Notes under the pieces: generated by a model
Databases searched by the model: none
What the model was told of the DNA's origin: nothing
What the model saw: only the letters and a program-made list of their open reading frames with translations
Made by a program: the position numbers and the translations under genes
From: Mobula hypostoma
Taxonomy: Eukaryota
Length of the DNA stretch: 64,000 bases
NCBI RefSeq assembly: GCF_963921235.1
Contig: NC_086108.1
Coordinates: forward strand, 21,762,001 to 21,826,000
Reading direction: 5' to 3'
Part shown: piece by piece, positions 38,365 through 50,206 of the stretch
How the letters are laid out: every line of letters begins with the position of its first letter
Position numbering within the stretch: the first letter of the stretch is position 1

Positions 38365-38939
38365 CTGTAAAACTGTTAGCAAACACCAAAACAGTTCGAA
38401 CTATTTTTTCTTCAATTATCTTCGCTTCTCCCGTGTTAGTGAACGTATTATTCTTCCAGACTGACTTCTGATACCAGGTAGTGTTCTTATTATATTTATA
38501 CATACCGTGGGTTAACAATAAAGAATCATATTCTGGAAGAATTAGAACTTTTATTTACAGCAACAAGAACAAACCACATTTTACCAAGCCATGTTCTAGA
38601 TCATTCTAACATTTCTGCGCATGCTCAGAACTCTCTCCTATCATGCTCTTACACGTGATATCACCACAATGAGGCCCTGAGAGCGGGTCACATTGTGGCG
38701 AAGAACTGAAGTCAGAGTGTAACTCCAGGTCAGGGTCTTCAAAAGAACCTTGAAAAGAAAAAAAAGAGATATCAAAGATAGAAACAGAGCTGTTTCCGAA
38801 GATCCAAGTAAAGGAGTTGCCGTTTAGCGCCATCATGGCTTTGCTCTGCCCCTCTGATAGACTCTGACAGAATCAGTTTATTATCACTGACATATCACAT
38901 GAAATTTGTTGTTTTGCAGCAGCAGTTCAAATTTCTAAG

Positions 38940-39440
38940 TTTTGAAGTAAATTTATTATCAAAGTACATATATGTCACTATATACAATCCTGAGATTCAT
39001 TTTCTTGCAGGAAATCACAGTAAATACGAGAAACAAAACAGAATCAATGAAAGTCTGGACCCAACAGGACAGACAAATAACTAATGTGCAAAAGATAACA
39101 AACTGTGCAAATACAAAAAGAAAGAGAAAAAAAGATAACAATAATAAATAAACAATAAGTATTGAGAACATGAGATGAAGAGTCCTTGAAAGTGAGTTCA
39201 TAGGCTGTGGGAACAGTTCAGTGATGGGGCGAGTGAAGTTGAGTGAAGTTATCCCCTCTGGTTCAAGAGCCTGATGGTTGAGGGGTAATAATTGTTCCTG
39301 AATTTGGTGATATGGGTCTTTAGGCTCCTGTACCTTTTTCCTGATGGTAGCAGCAAGAAGAGAGCATGGCCAGGATGTTGAGGGTCCTTGATGATGGATC
39401 CTGCTTTTTGTGACAGCGCTCTGTGTAGATGTTCTAATAG
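38940..39440 (-). mobile_element. Rex1 LINE 3' fragment
   Basis: KAGSIIKDPQHPGHALFLLLPSGKRYRSLKTHITKFRNNYYPSTIRLLN plus a 3' UTR like 18195-18435. Confidence 0.8.
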
Positions 39441-40417
39441 TGGCAAGACAAAAAAATTACCATAAGTTACAAAAATAAAAAAGCCTTTGGTCTTATCGAC
39501 TTATGGTAATAAAAGAATTCAAGGTATTGTTCGTGGATTTTCAGAAATCTGATGGCAGAGGATTGTTCTAAAGTTTACAGTAAACATGGTTGCATCACAG
39601 CCCAGAAGAAACTATTGTAAAGGCATTAAATCTAGTTTTAAAATTTCCTTTTCGTGCTTTATTTACTTGTCCTGGAGGAAATGAAGTTACTCAACTGTGA
39701 GTCAAAAACCAACTGTGATTAGATAGCTGTGCTTAGAATGATGACTCTAAATCTTCTTCTTGCCTCCATCCACCAAAGTAATGGATGGACAAGAGATGGA
39801 CTGGGACTAGCAATCAGCCCTGGCCACTGAAAGGTGAGCCATGATATGATAGAACAATATAGTGGCATCATAAAGAAAGCATACAGAAAGTGAATAAAGA
39901 TTAAGACCAGGTAGTGGACTCAGTTGTCCATATCTGCTGTTGCGTTCAAGATTTTTTCTTGAAGACCATCCACCGACTCTTACGTTGACCATTTTCTGGC
40001 GTTTACCAGATGTCTCGCTTGGGCTTGAATGGTCACAATGCAAAGCTTGAGGGTTGTCCTTCACAAGATACTCAAGCGGCATATGGCCCATCTTTGGACA
40101 ATGCGCAAACCAACAAGTGCCTGAGATGTAAATCTCAGGAGTGCAGCCGAGCCTTTCTCGACCAGGTGGGTTACTGACCAGCCAAGTTGGCTACAGAGGC
40201 AATTCAGGATCTTCTGGGTGGTGTCCCTACAGGAAGTTGCCCAGTTGGCTTCCTGTCCATTCTGGTCCCACTATCAAGATCTGTGTCCTTCCTGGCACAC
40301 CTACTTACACACAGTTGCAGCAGTAATGTGTCAAGTATAGGGTAGCTGGCATTGTCTGTTTGCTTGCTCCTCAGCTTCAGATGGTAGGTGGTACTATTCC
40401 AGTGAGGAGTGAGGATA

Positions 40418-42725
40418 TACAAGCAACACACACAAAATGCTGAAGGAACTCAGTAGGCCAGGCAACATCTATGGAAAAGAATACAGTCAACATTTTGGGC
40501 TGAGACCCTTCATCATCACTGAAAAGGAAGGGGAAAAGTCAGAGAAAGATGGGAGGGAGGAAAGGAAGTCGTGCAAGGTGGCAGGTGATAGGTGAAACTG
40601 GGAGAGGGGGAGGGGTGAACTAAAGAGCTGGGAAGTTGATTGGTGAAAGAGATAAGGGCTGGAGAAGGGGGAGTCTGATAGGAAAGGACAGAAAATTGTG
40701 GAAGAAAGGGCAGGGGGAGGAGCACCAGAGGGAGGTGATAGGCAGGTAAGAAAATAAGGTAAGAGAGGAAAACAGGAATGGGGAATGGTGAGGGGGGCGG
40801 GTTGCAAGACAAAGGAGCAGGTCGGCCATTCGGCCCATCAAGTCTGCTCCGCCATTTTATCATGAGCTGATCCATTCTCCCATTTAGTCCCACTCCCCCG
40901 CCTTCTCACCATAACCTTTGATGCCCTGGCTACTCAGATACCTATCAATCTCTGCCTTAAATACACCCAATGACTTGGCCTCCACTGCTGCCCGTGGCAA
41001 CAAATTCCATAGATTCACCACCCTCTGACTAAAAAAATTTCTTTGCATTTCTGTTCTGAATGGGCGCCCTTCAATCCTTAAGTCATGTCCTCTTGTACTA
41101 GACTCCCCCATCATGGGAAACAAGTTTGCCACATCCACTCTGTCCATGCCTTTCAACATTTGAATGTTTCTATGAGGTCTCTCCTCATTCTTCTAAACCT
41201 CAAGGAATACAGTCCAAGAGCGGACAAACATTCCTCATATGTTAACCCTCTTATTCCAGGAATCATCAGCACATCCTTTCTTAAATAAAGAGAACAAAAC
41301 TGCCCACAGTACTCCAAGTGAGGTCTCACCAGTGCCTTATAGAGCTTCAACATCACATCCCTGCTCCTATACTCTATTCTTCTAGAAATGAATGCCAACA
41401 TTGCATTCGCCTCCTTCACCATCGACTCAACCTGGAGGTTAACCTTAAGGGTATCCTGTACGAGGACTCCCAAGTCCTGTTGCATCTCAACTTCAACTGG
41501 AAGTTCGAAAATCGCTGTTCATGCCGTCAGGTTGGAGGCCACCTAGACGGAGTATAAGGTGTGACTCCTGCAACCTGTGTGGCCTCATTGTGGCAGCAGA
41601 GGAGGGCATGGATTGACATGTCAGAATGGGAATGTTAAGGCACCGGGAAACCTCGCTTTTTGTAGTGGAGGTGCTCTGTGAAGCAGTCTCCCAATCTACG
41701 CCAGGTCTCACTAATATACAGGAGGCCACACCAGTAGTACTGGATACAGAAGATGACCCAACAAGTTCACAGGAGAAGTGTTGCCTCATCTGGAAGGACT
41801 GTTTGGTAGCTAAGGAGGAGGTGTCAGGGCAGGTGTGGCACTCGTTTGACTTGCAAGGGTAAGTACCAGGAGGGAGATCAGTGGGGAGGGACGAGTGGAA
41901 AAGAGTTGTGCAAGGAGTGATTCCTGCGGAAAGTGGAAAGGTGGGGCGAGGGAAAGATGTGCTTGGTGCAGGAATCCTGTTGGAGATGGTGGAAGTTATG
42001 GAGAATTATGTGTTGGATGCAGAGCCTACTAGGGTGGTAAGTGAGGACAAGAGGAACCCTATCCCTGGTGTGGTGGAATGAGGGCAGATGTGCATGAAAT
42101 AGAAGAGATGTAGGTGAGGGCAACATTGATGGTGGAGAAAGGAAATCCCCTTTCTATGAAGAAGGAGGACATCTCAGTTGTCTGGAATGAAAAGCCTCAT
42201 CCTGAGAATAAATGCGGTGGAGACAGAGAAACTGAGAGAAGGAGAAGGCACTTTATAAGTAACAGGGTGGGAAGAGGTATAGTCCAGATATCTGTGAGAG
42301 TCTGTGGTTTTAGAAACAATATCAGTAGATAGCCTGTCTCCAGAGATGCAGAAAGAGAGAATGAGAAAGGGGAGAGAGGTGTTGGAAATGGACCAAGTAG
42401 ATTTGAGGGCAGGGTGGAAGTTGGAGGCAAATTTGATGAAATCGATGAGCTCAGCACGGGTGCAGGAAGTAGCACCAATGCAGTCTTCGATGCAGCATAG
42501 CAAAAGTTGGGGAGTGATACCGGTGTAGGTTTGGAACACGGACTGTTCCACATAGCTGATGAAAAGGCAGGCATATCTCGGACCCATGTGAGCACCCATG
42601 GCTACGCCTTTGGTTTGAAGTCAGTGCAAGAGCTGAAGGTGAGGGCTAGCTCTATCAGATGGAGGAGAGTGGTGGTGTAGGGATATTGGTTGGGTCTGTT
42701 GTCCAGAAAGAAGCGGAAAGCTTTG
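40418..42725 (-). mobile_element. Penelope-like element (RT C-terminal half + GIY-YIG + 3' terminus), interrupted by CR1
   Basis: GAHMGPRYACLF..IEDCIG..FHPALKSTWSIS..TDSHRYLDYTSSHP; RVPLVLTYHP; HLILRLGGLQPDGMN. Confidence 0.88.
40805..41490 (-). mobile_element. CR1 LINE 3' fragment nested in Penelope
   Basis: DLGVLV..LYKALVRPHLEYC; TRGHDLRI..RNFFSQRVVNLWNLLP..FKAEIDRYL; CR1-type 3' UTR. Confidence 0.9.
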
Positions 42726-42824
42726 CAGAGAAGCAGATGCAGAGGCTGTTGACTTTCATTGGCTTAAGGGTGCCAGTGTTTGTGCCATATAAATACACTG
42801 CCGTTGATTGTAGGTTGTAGTCAT

Positions 42825-43060
42825 AATGGGCAGAACAGTTAGGAGAGCTGCTGCCTCATGTCTCCAGTGATCCAGACTCAATACTGATCTCCGGTGCTGT
42901 CGGTGAGAAATTTGTGCATTCTCCCTGTGACCACACGGGGTTTTCTTGGGTGCTCCTGTTTCCACCCATAGACATTCAGGTTGGTATGTTAGTTGGCCAA
43001 AGAAAATTGTTCCTCATGTGTTGACGTGCTGCAGTTGTTGATGGGAATGTGTGAATGTAA
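42825..43060 (+). mobile_element. V-SINE/HE1-like SINE
   Basis: gctgctgcctca..ctccagtga..ggtgctgtc..tttgtgcattctccctgtgacc..gggtgctcctgtttcc. Confidence 0.65.
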
Positions 43061-46000
43061 CAGGCTCAATGGCCCGAAGTGACTCGCCAGGAAACATGGA
43101 AACATAAATGAAACTATGTGTGTGTGGAAGGATTGTTTGCAGGTGGGTAAAGGAATAGCGTAATCCTACTGGGATACCATCTGTAAGCTGGAATCAAAGA
43201 TTGAAGAGGTACATTCCTTGGAATTTACTGCACATTGATTGACAATTGAAGAAACCATGATCAGTTTGCACATAGATACTGTTGGAAGCTCCTTGTTGTT
43301 GGGCAAATGAAAATCAAAAAGATGCAGGTGGTGCAAATCTCAAATAAAATACAAAATTGTAGATTATGTTGGAGACACTCAGCAGGTCAAGAAGAATCAG
43401 TGGAAAGAAAAACAGAGTTAAGTTTTCAACTCAAAGACCCTTTCTTAGAACACTTGAGCACTTTTTATTGGGACAGAGTAAACTGACGATAAACAACAAT
43501 GCAGGAGGGACTCCAGTTTATTGAGGAGAAAGACTGGTGGGTTGTAGGTGAGACAGAAGGGAAGGGTGGTAGATTCAGTTACCCACCACGATGATGGAAC
43601 AGGGAACTATTCATATAATTATAGGCATCAATTGAGTTAAGTTATTTGAGATGGGGAAGTTTGTGTATCAGAGATTTTTTTTAGCAGTAATAAAATCCTG
43701 GAGACACGCAAATTAAGGGCTGCACTAACCTCCACCCAAAAACACCACTGGCCTGAAAAGTACCAATAAATCCAGAACATTAAGTATCGCATTGTGGTAT
43801 GTGCAAGGTGCAATCTGATTGTAGGAGGTTTGTTTTGGTACAATGATTCTGGTGGTGATGGTGTCCCGAGAGAGTGCAGATGCTAGAATCTGAATCAGCA
43901 CACACAGCACAAGCAAAACTCAGAAAGTCAGACAGCAAATATGGAGGGTAGTGGACAGTAGACATTTTGGGTTGATTCTTTATCTGGACTGGGTGTGGTT
44001 GTGGGTTCTGTGGTCTGGGAGTGAGTGAAGGCTCCATAAAGGGTAATTCAAACAGGCACAACACACACCCATCAACTTATTTCATTATGCATATTGTGCA
44101 TCCTTATTTAAGATGACGTAGGCTGTAACCAGCAACAATATACCAATTCAACTCAATTATTAACTGAAAATTTTAAAAACTGCTGGTGCTGGAATTCCAA
44201 AATAAAAACAGAAAATGCTGGAAATATTTAAGCAGCGTTTTGGTGGAAGGAAAAATAGAGTTAAGGTTTCAGTTTAAAGAACTTGGAAATGAAGAAAACA
44301 ATTTGGTTTCAAGATGTAGCGAGGTTGCGGGAGGGAGGAAATATGAGGTCAGGTTCAGATGAGTTTATTGTCAAACGTACCAGGGTGTAATGAAATTCCT
44401 TGTTTGTGTGACTCACATTGTAAACAGTGTAATAATAAATACAACAATAAATTTAGCAATGGGGCCAAAACAACAAAATGGCACGAAGTATCATGGTGCA
44501 AACTAAAGTAGTTCAGAAAAAATCCTAAAGTGACAAAAAGAAAGAGGTGAAGGTAAGGGTTAGGGGAGGAAATTTGAAAGAGGTAATTGGTTTGGAAGTC
44601 TGATAACAATGGGGGAAATTGTTTGTGAGTCTGGTCATCTGAGTTTTAAGCTCATGCATCTTTAAGAAGGTGGAAGAGAGACAAGGGAATGACTGGGGGC
44701 AGGCATTTTTGATATTACAGTTAGCCTTCCTTTGGTGATGCACCACAAAGATGGACTGGATGGGAGGAAGTAATGAACCCCTGATGGACTACAGTTTTTA
44801 CTACATTTGTGAATTGTGCTGGAATATTAAACAATCAAAGGCTGAATTGCTTCACAGGACAACTCCCTCCCCACTGATGGTAAAGGCCAGCACATGAGGA
44901 CGAAAGATGAAGTGTTAACAATGAGATAATCCATCTAAGCCTCCACTTGAGTTCCCCACCACCACAGTCATTGGCAGTTCAATTTACTCTGGACCACATA
45001 AGGAAACAGTTGATGCTCCAAAGCTGACTACATCTTTAGTTGAGAGGTCTTGGCAATGGAAAGCATGGGTATTGACTTGAAAGTGTGAAAAATAGCTTAT
45101 ATTATATATATCCCATCTTCAACAAGTAGAACAAACCCATTTTGACTATTTACCATGTGCTCCTGATACTCACAGTTGACAGAAAACTGATGATAAATGC
45201 CACAAATAAATGGATGTTATTGACCCAAAAAATGACTCACCTTGGGCTTCACCAGAATCACTCATCTTCAGGCATTATTACAGCTCATTCCAAACATGGT
45301 CAAGTGAGGTGAGACTGAGTGATTTTCATGTCAAGCCAGCATTTGATTGAGGCTGGTATGTTTCGGATCAATGGCAATTTGAAGAAATCTCCATCAACAA
45401 AGGATTGCTCTTGCAAAGGTAAATGGTTATTGCTGTAGGAAACTGGTCACTTCAACCTCAAGGTTTATATCAGTTTTGTATCCTAGTTTGGACTATCTTC
45501 TGTTATTCATTGATGATCTGTCCTCTATCACAAAGTTGGGCAGGCACTTGTTCCATAATAATTGCATTCAACGTTTAATTCCATTCACCCCCTCAGATAA
45601 TAAAACAAATGAAGCCAGTAAGTAGCCACTTTCAAGAGTAAGTTTACCAATTTCTCATTATAATTCAACAGCATAGTTCTATATCATCAATGCTTTGTAT
45701 GCCACCTTTGGCCAATAGTTCAATCTAGCCATCTATATAAATCATGTGGCTATAAGCACTGCTCAAAGGAGGTTTATCCTGCAGCAGGCCGTTCATTTCT
45801 GGAAATTGTTCCATCATGTGTAAGGAAGAAATCAGAAATATGTTGGGAATATTTTCCTAGATGGGTCTGACTCCAGCAAAATGTGGGAAACTTAACAGTG
45901 ATATGAACAAAGTAGCCTACTCTCCCACCAAATGACCCTGCTGTTAGGGATGGGAACATTTACTCAATAGATTATTAGAGAACTACCAGAGTTATGGTTT

Positions 46001-46539
46001 CTTGCCTTTGATGAGACTTCCATTTGTTGCAATTGGTTGAAGATTTTCTGCGCAAAAATCTAAATTAGGTTAATACATAACACTGGTGCTGGAGTTTTAG
46101 GAGAAAAATCAATAATTGGGAAGTTGTCCTGGAGAGGTGATTGAGGCACAATCTGACCTTTAGAGAAAGGAGTAGCTGTAGCAGTAGTGTGTGGTGAGAT
46201 CTGGTGGGTGAGAGCATGGGAGATGATATAAGAAGAGGAGAGAATAGATGGAGGGGGATAAGAGGTGGTGATGGAAAGGTGGCTGATGAAGGAGGAAACT
46301 GAATTTGAGGGATCAGCAGCAAAGGGAGTAGGGTTGAGTGATGAAGGGGCTGGAGCTGTGAGAAGGTGGTTATTGAAGGGGAGGAAGCTGAGGAGGAAAA
46401 TATTTGAAGGGAGGAAGGAAGATTGAGGAAGACAGGAAAAGGGACCGATTAAGGGATGGGATTGCGTTGGAAGGGTGAAGGAAGGGCCAAGTGAAGAGTT
46501 GTGTGGATCTGTTAAGCCCAAGTACAATGTTGAGAAATG

Positions 46540-47460
46540 TGGCTGGGGTCTCCGAACTCTGGGCGTGACCGTGGCATCTCTGGTTGGGGACGGGGTCGAT
46601 GGCTCTGGATATGATTGTAGGGCTGTTGCTTTGTGCGATGGCTCTGGGGGCGATTGCGGAGCCTGTTGCCATGGCTCGCTGTGTGCAGTAGTTCTGGCGC
46701 CGGTATCGGCAGCAGTTCATGTCCTGATCCTGGGCCGATCCGATTGATTTGTTTCCCGTTTGCTCTCTTTTCCCTGCTGCTTTGCCTTGCTTGATAGAAG
46801 CGGAAGCTGGGAGCGTCTGCCGAGGCCCCGGGCACTGGTGTGGAAGTGGCCCGGAGCTGGGCTTTCTGTTCGGACGAGCCGGCGCCGGCAGGATTGCAGC
46901 CGGCATGGAAGCGCAGGATGGAGCCGGGAGGCTGGACCTGCTGCCGGCTACCGGGGTGGAGGAGTCCGCGCTGGACCCGGTGGAACGGATTTTACTGGAG
47001 TCTGTATGTCAACAGCAGGGATGGATCAGAGTGTATGGTAAGAGGGGGAGCAGTGCCTGAGGAGTGAGGAGGGGGTCAGTGGACAGTGGATGGGGTGAAG
47101 GTTCTTGGCAGGACGATGGATGGGAGTGGCGGGGACAAAGGTCGGGGCAGGGGTTATAGCTGAGTACTGGAGGCACTAGGTATTGGATAGGTATGGTCGT
47201 ACAAGTTGCTGGAGATTATAGGGAAAGGTCAGTATTTTGGGTGAAGGACGAGGGCCATTGGTCAGGCGGGACTATGGAGAGGGACGTAGGCCGTTGACTT
47301 TATGCCTGATAACTCGTGAGTGATGGTGGGAACCGGACGCTGATGGGCGCCTTTCACAGACGAGCGAGCTGGCAAGACTCAGACTGAGAGACGGTCACTG
47401 TGATTGAGGAATGAGTTCGGAAAATACCGCGAAACAGGAGGGGGGAGACGACCACATGAA
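46540..47460 (+). promoter_or_regulatory. CpG-rich promoter/5' UTR/first-intron region of the RasGAP gene
   Basis: Clear CpG/GC enrichment in non-repeat sequence against an AT-rich, CpG-poor background, centred on the first coding exon. The TSS cannot be determined. Confidence 0.65.
46905..47037 (+). CDS. RASAL2: First coding exon of a RASAL2(nGAP)/DAB2IP-family Ras GTPase-activating protein, long N-terminal isoform
   Basis: Strong Kozak GCCGGCATGG; MEAQDGAGRLDLLPATGVEESALDPVERILLESVCQQQGWIRVY matches recalled RASAL2 DRILLESVCQQQSWVRVY; phase-1 donor G|GTAAG fits the split Asp of ..VY-D-VKGPP. Paralogue DAB2IP cannot be excluded. Confidence 0.82.
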
Positions 47461-48607
47461 AGGGATGCGAAGCAATGGGAAGCAAGAACAGGAAATGAAC
47501 GAGCTAACTTTATAATATTCTATTGAATTCACTTTTTTTTATGTTTTGCGAAGTGTATTCTGAACGTTAGGATGTCTGAGTGCTGCTTGAGAGAGTGCCT
47601 TTCTCACTTGGAGCGTACTTCTAGTCAAATTGGCACATCTGAACGTATTAGCAGCAATATTATGTGGGTAAAGTTTTATAAGCTACAAGGCTACAAACTG
47701 TGATAATTGTTTTTCTGCTGTAATTAGTGACAAGATACCGTTGATTAACTTGTTTTGTAGATTAAAATTGTTTTTTTATTTAGTGTTCTCTTTACAAAAC
47801 TAATAAACAATTTTTGATTACAAGAAACAGAGCAGTGTGTATAAACAAAATACTAATTTTAATCTTGGTTATTTCAACTTTGTCTGCAGTCAAGTGAATG
47901 AGTAAAAGGACTTTGTATTTTATTTTTCCAATCTGACAATTAATACTTTTGGAATGTAACAAATGAACCTGATTAAAAATGAGCAGTTGCTCAACTCCAT
48001 TGATGTTCAATCTTATGTTCAAATTGTGCTCATTGTTTCTGTTTCAGCAATTGTAAGTTGTATGTTGGATGAAGTATTCCATTTTGTCAATGAAAAAGAT
48101 GTTTGCTTCATGATGCACCAGTTACAGTTTTGTGTTAAAATTATTTTGTTCATCTTTATATTTAAGGTATAAAGAGTATGAAAAGTGTTCATGTTAGTGA
48201 AGGTAATGGAAAAGGAAATCGGGTGCCAGAATGTAAGGTGAATTATGAAGGAAGAATCTTGGAACTGGAGAATTATTTAGCTTCGGATTTGTCCGTGCAG
48301 GAACATTGCGCAAGTAGGACATTCAACAAATAGGAATTATTTTCTGATGAGTAGTCGGAACTTATAGCCTTAAATTAAGACTTGTGGAGAGAAAAAGAAA
48401 TGGCATTGATCAGCTGTCATTTTATGGCCTGGAGTTTTGAGGGGCTTCCCAGTGGTTTTATTAAATGTGTCATTAAGAAGCTGAATTTGTTGTATTTAGT
48501 AGAAATGTGGATACCAATTAACTATAATGACAGTGGATGAGGGAGAAGAAACTTTGTTAGAAAAACAATTTTGCATTGCATAGAGAATCGGTAAATGTAC
48601 CAAGTGA

Positions 48608-49160
48608 AGCACACACAAAATGCTGGCAGAACTCAACAGGTCAGGCAGCATTTAATAAAATGAATAAATAGTTGATGTTTTGGGCCAAGACTCCTCATCA
48701 GGACTGGAAAGGAAAGGGGAAGAAGTGAGAATAAGGAGGAGGGTGAGGGGAAGGAGGACAAGCTAGGCGATTGGTTAAGCCAGGTGGGTGGGGGAGAGGG
48801 TATGAAGTGAGAAGCTGGGAGGTAATAAGTAGAAAAGGAAAGCGCTGGAGAAGAAGGAATCTGATAGGAGAGTGGATAATGGAAGAAAGGGAAGGAGGAA
48901 TGGCAATTGGAGGTGAGGAAGAGGGGTAAGAGGGGTGCCAGAGTGGGGAAATGAAGAGGGAAGGGTTGAGGGGGAAAAACTTGCTGTAAGTTGGAGAAAT
49001 TGATGATTATACCATCTGGTTAGAGGCTACCCAGACGGAATATGAGGTGTTACTTCTCCAACTCATCATGGCAGTAGAAGAGGCCATGGGCTGATATGTT
49101 GGAATGGAAATGGGGATTGGAATTAAAATGGTTGGCTACAGACAAATTCCGCTTTTTATC
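48608..49160 (-). mobile_element. Penelope 3' fragment
   Basis: Terminus acacaaaatgctggcagaactcaacaggtcaggcagc, purine-rich 3' region and GIY-YIG C-terminal remnant (VANHFNS.PH.HS). Confidence 0.75.
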
Positions 49161-49973
49161 AAGGCATTCAACAAAGTATAACTTTGTGGTTTTTGTAGTT
49201 GAATATCTTGCTGATGTACAATGTGTTCTAGCACAAACCAAGGGAGTAAGGCAGTTTGGGAATAAAGTTTGTGTAGAGTGCCAGGGTTCTATCACACCAC
49301 TGTCCTATGAGGAACCACTCCCTTCAGGAAAAGAATGGGGGAGGGTGAATTAAACATGGGTAGGGCTGGAGTTAGCTGTCCTGTTGAAATTCATCTGAGT
49401 AACACTAATGAATGCAGTGTGATTTCATCTTCTGGCAGAATAGTAAGTTTGAAGTCATGCTGACTCAATTCCAGCTGACTAAGTTTGACACTTTTTCAAC
49501 ATGTTGTACGTTCCTTAGTTGGCTAGTCCAGGAACAAAAGACTAAAACTGCCTTTTTTGAATTCTTTTGTTATTGATTTTTTTCCCCCTTCTGGGTAGCC
49601 ACTGAGAAACAGAGGGGAACTGAAGTAACCATCCTCATCTGCTTGTCTCTAATAGGCACAAAGGAGTGCTTGCTGGATAAATGCAGACTTATTATTAACT
49701 CTGCTTAAGGCGGCACTGTGAAACATCCATATTATTTTGCACAGACTCATGCTGGTTTGCTAGATGCTATCAGAGTAGTAACTTCAGTGAGCAACAGAAC
49801 CTCTTTGGGATTTATTTACATCATAGTTATTTTGTGTTAACTCTTAAGAGTCTTGCATGTGACTTATTGTTAGTTTGCACTTATAAGTGCAGTCCAATTC
49901 TAATCCTGGCAGGTGCCCCTTACTAGCTGGTCTGTTGTTAAGGGAACAGACTAAAACAGAATAGTTTGTACTA

Positions 49974-50206
49974 AAAACGCAAACAACAGGAATTCTGCAG
50001 ATGCTGGAAATTCAAGCAACACACATAAAAGTTGCTGGTGAACGCAGCAGGCCGGGTAGCATCTCTAGGAAGAGGTGCAGTCGACGTTTCAGGCCGAGAC
50101 CCTTCATCAGGACGAAGGGTCTCGGCCTGAAATGTCGACTGCACCTCTTCCTAGAGATGCTGCCTAGCCTGCTGCGTTCACCAGCAACTTTTATGTGTGT
50201 TGCTTG
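49974..50206. mobile_element. Penelope-terminus fold-back insertion (~95-bp near-perfect hairpin)
   Basis: Arms 50012-50105 / 50114-50207; TSD ATAGTT(T)GTACTA (49961-49973 / 50207-50218). Confidence 0.85.
50078..50112 (-). ncRNA. Minimal type-I hammerhead ribozyme motif
   Basis: Minus strand GUC-CUGAUGA-AGGGUCUCGGCCU-GAAA-CG-UC-GAC; conserved core intact, stem I only 3 bp. Confidence 0.6.

Larger units (their letters stand above)
32984..38668 (-). mobile_element. Mag-type Gypsy LTR retrotransposon, internally rearranged and carrying captured host sequence
   Basis: ~190 bp LTRs at 38477-38668 and 32984-33083 + 34805-34896; 5-bp TSD ATGAG (32979-32983 / 38669-38673); PBS TGGTATCAGAAGT (tRNA-Leu-like) at 38464-38476; PPT AAGGAAAGGAAGA near 34897-34909. 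Confidence 0.93.

Noticed and set aside
48670..48706. Further hammerhead copies (also ~40485-40520, ~59436-59477, ~61885-61950)
   Set aside because: Core nucleotides are mutated (GAAA to AAAA, CUGANGA altered), so they are not called as ribozymes.
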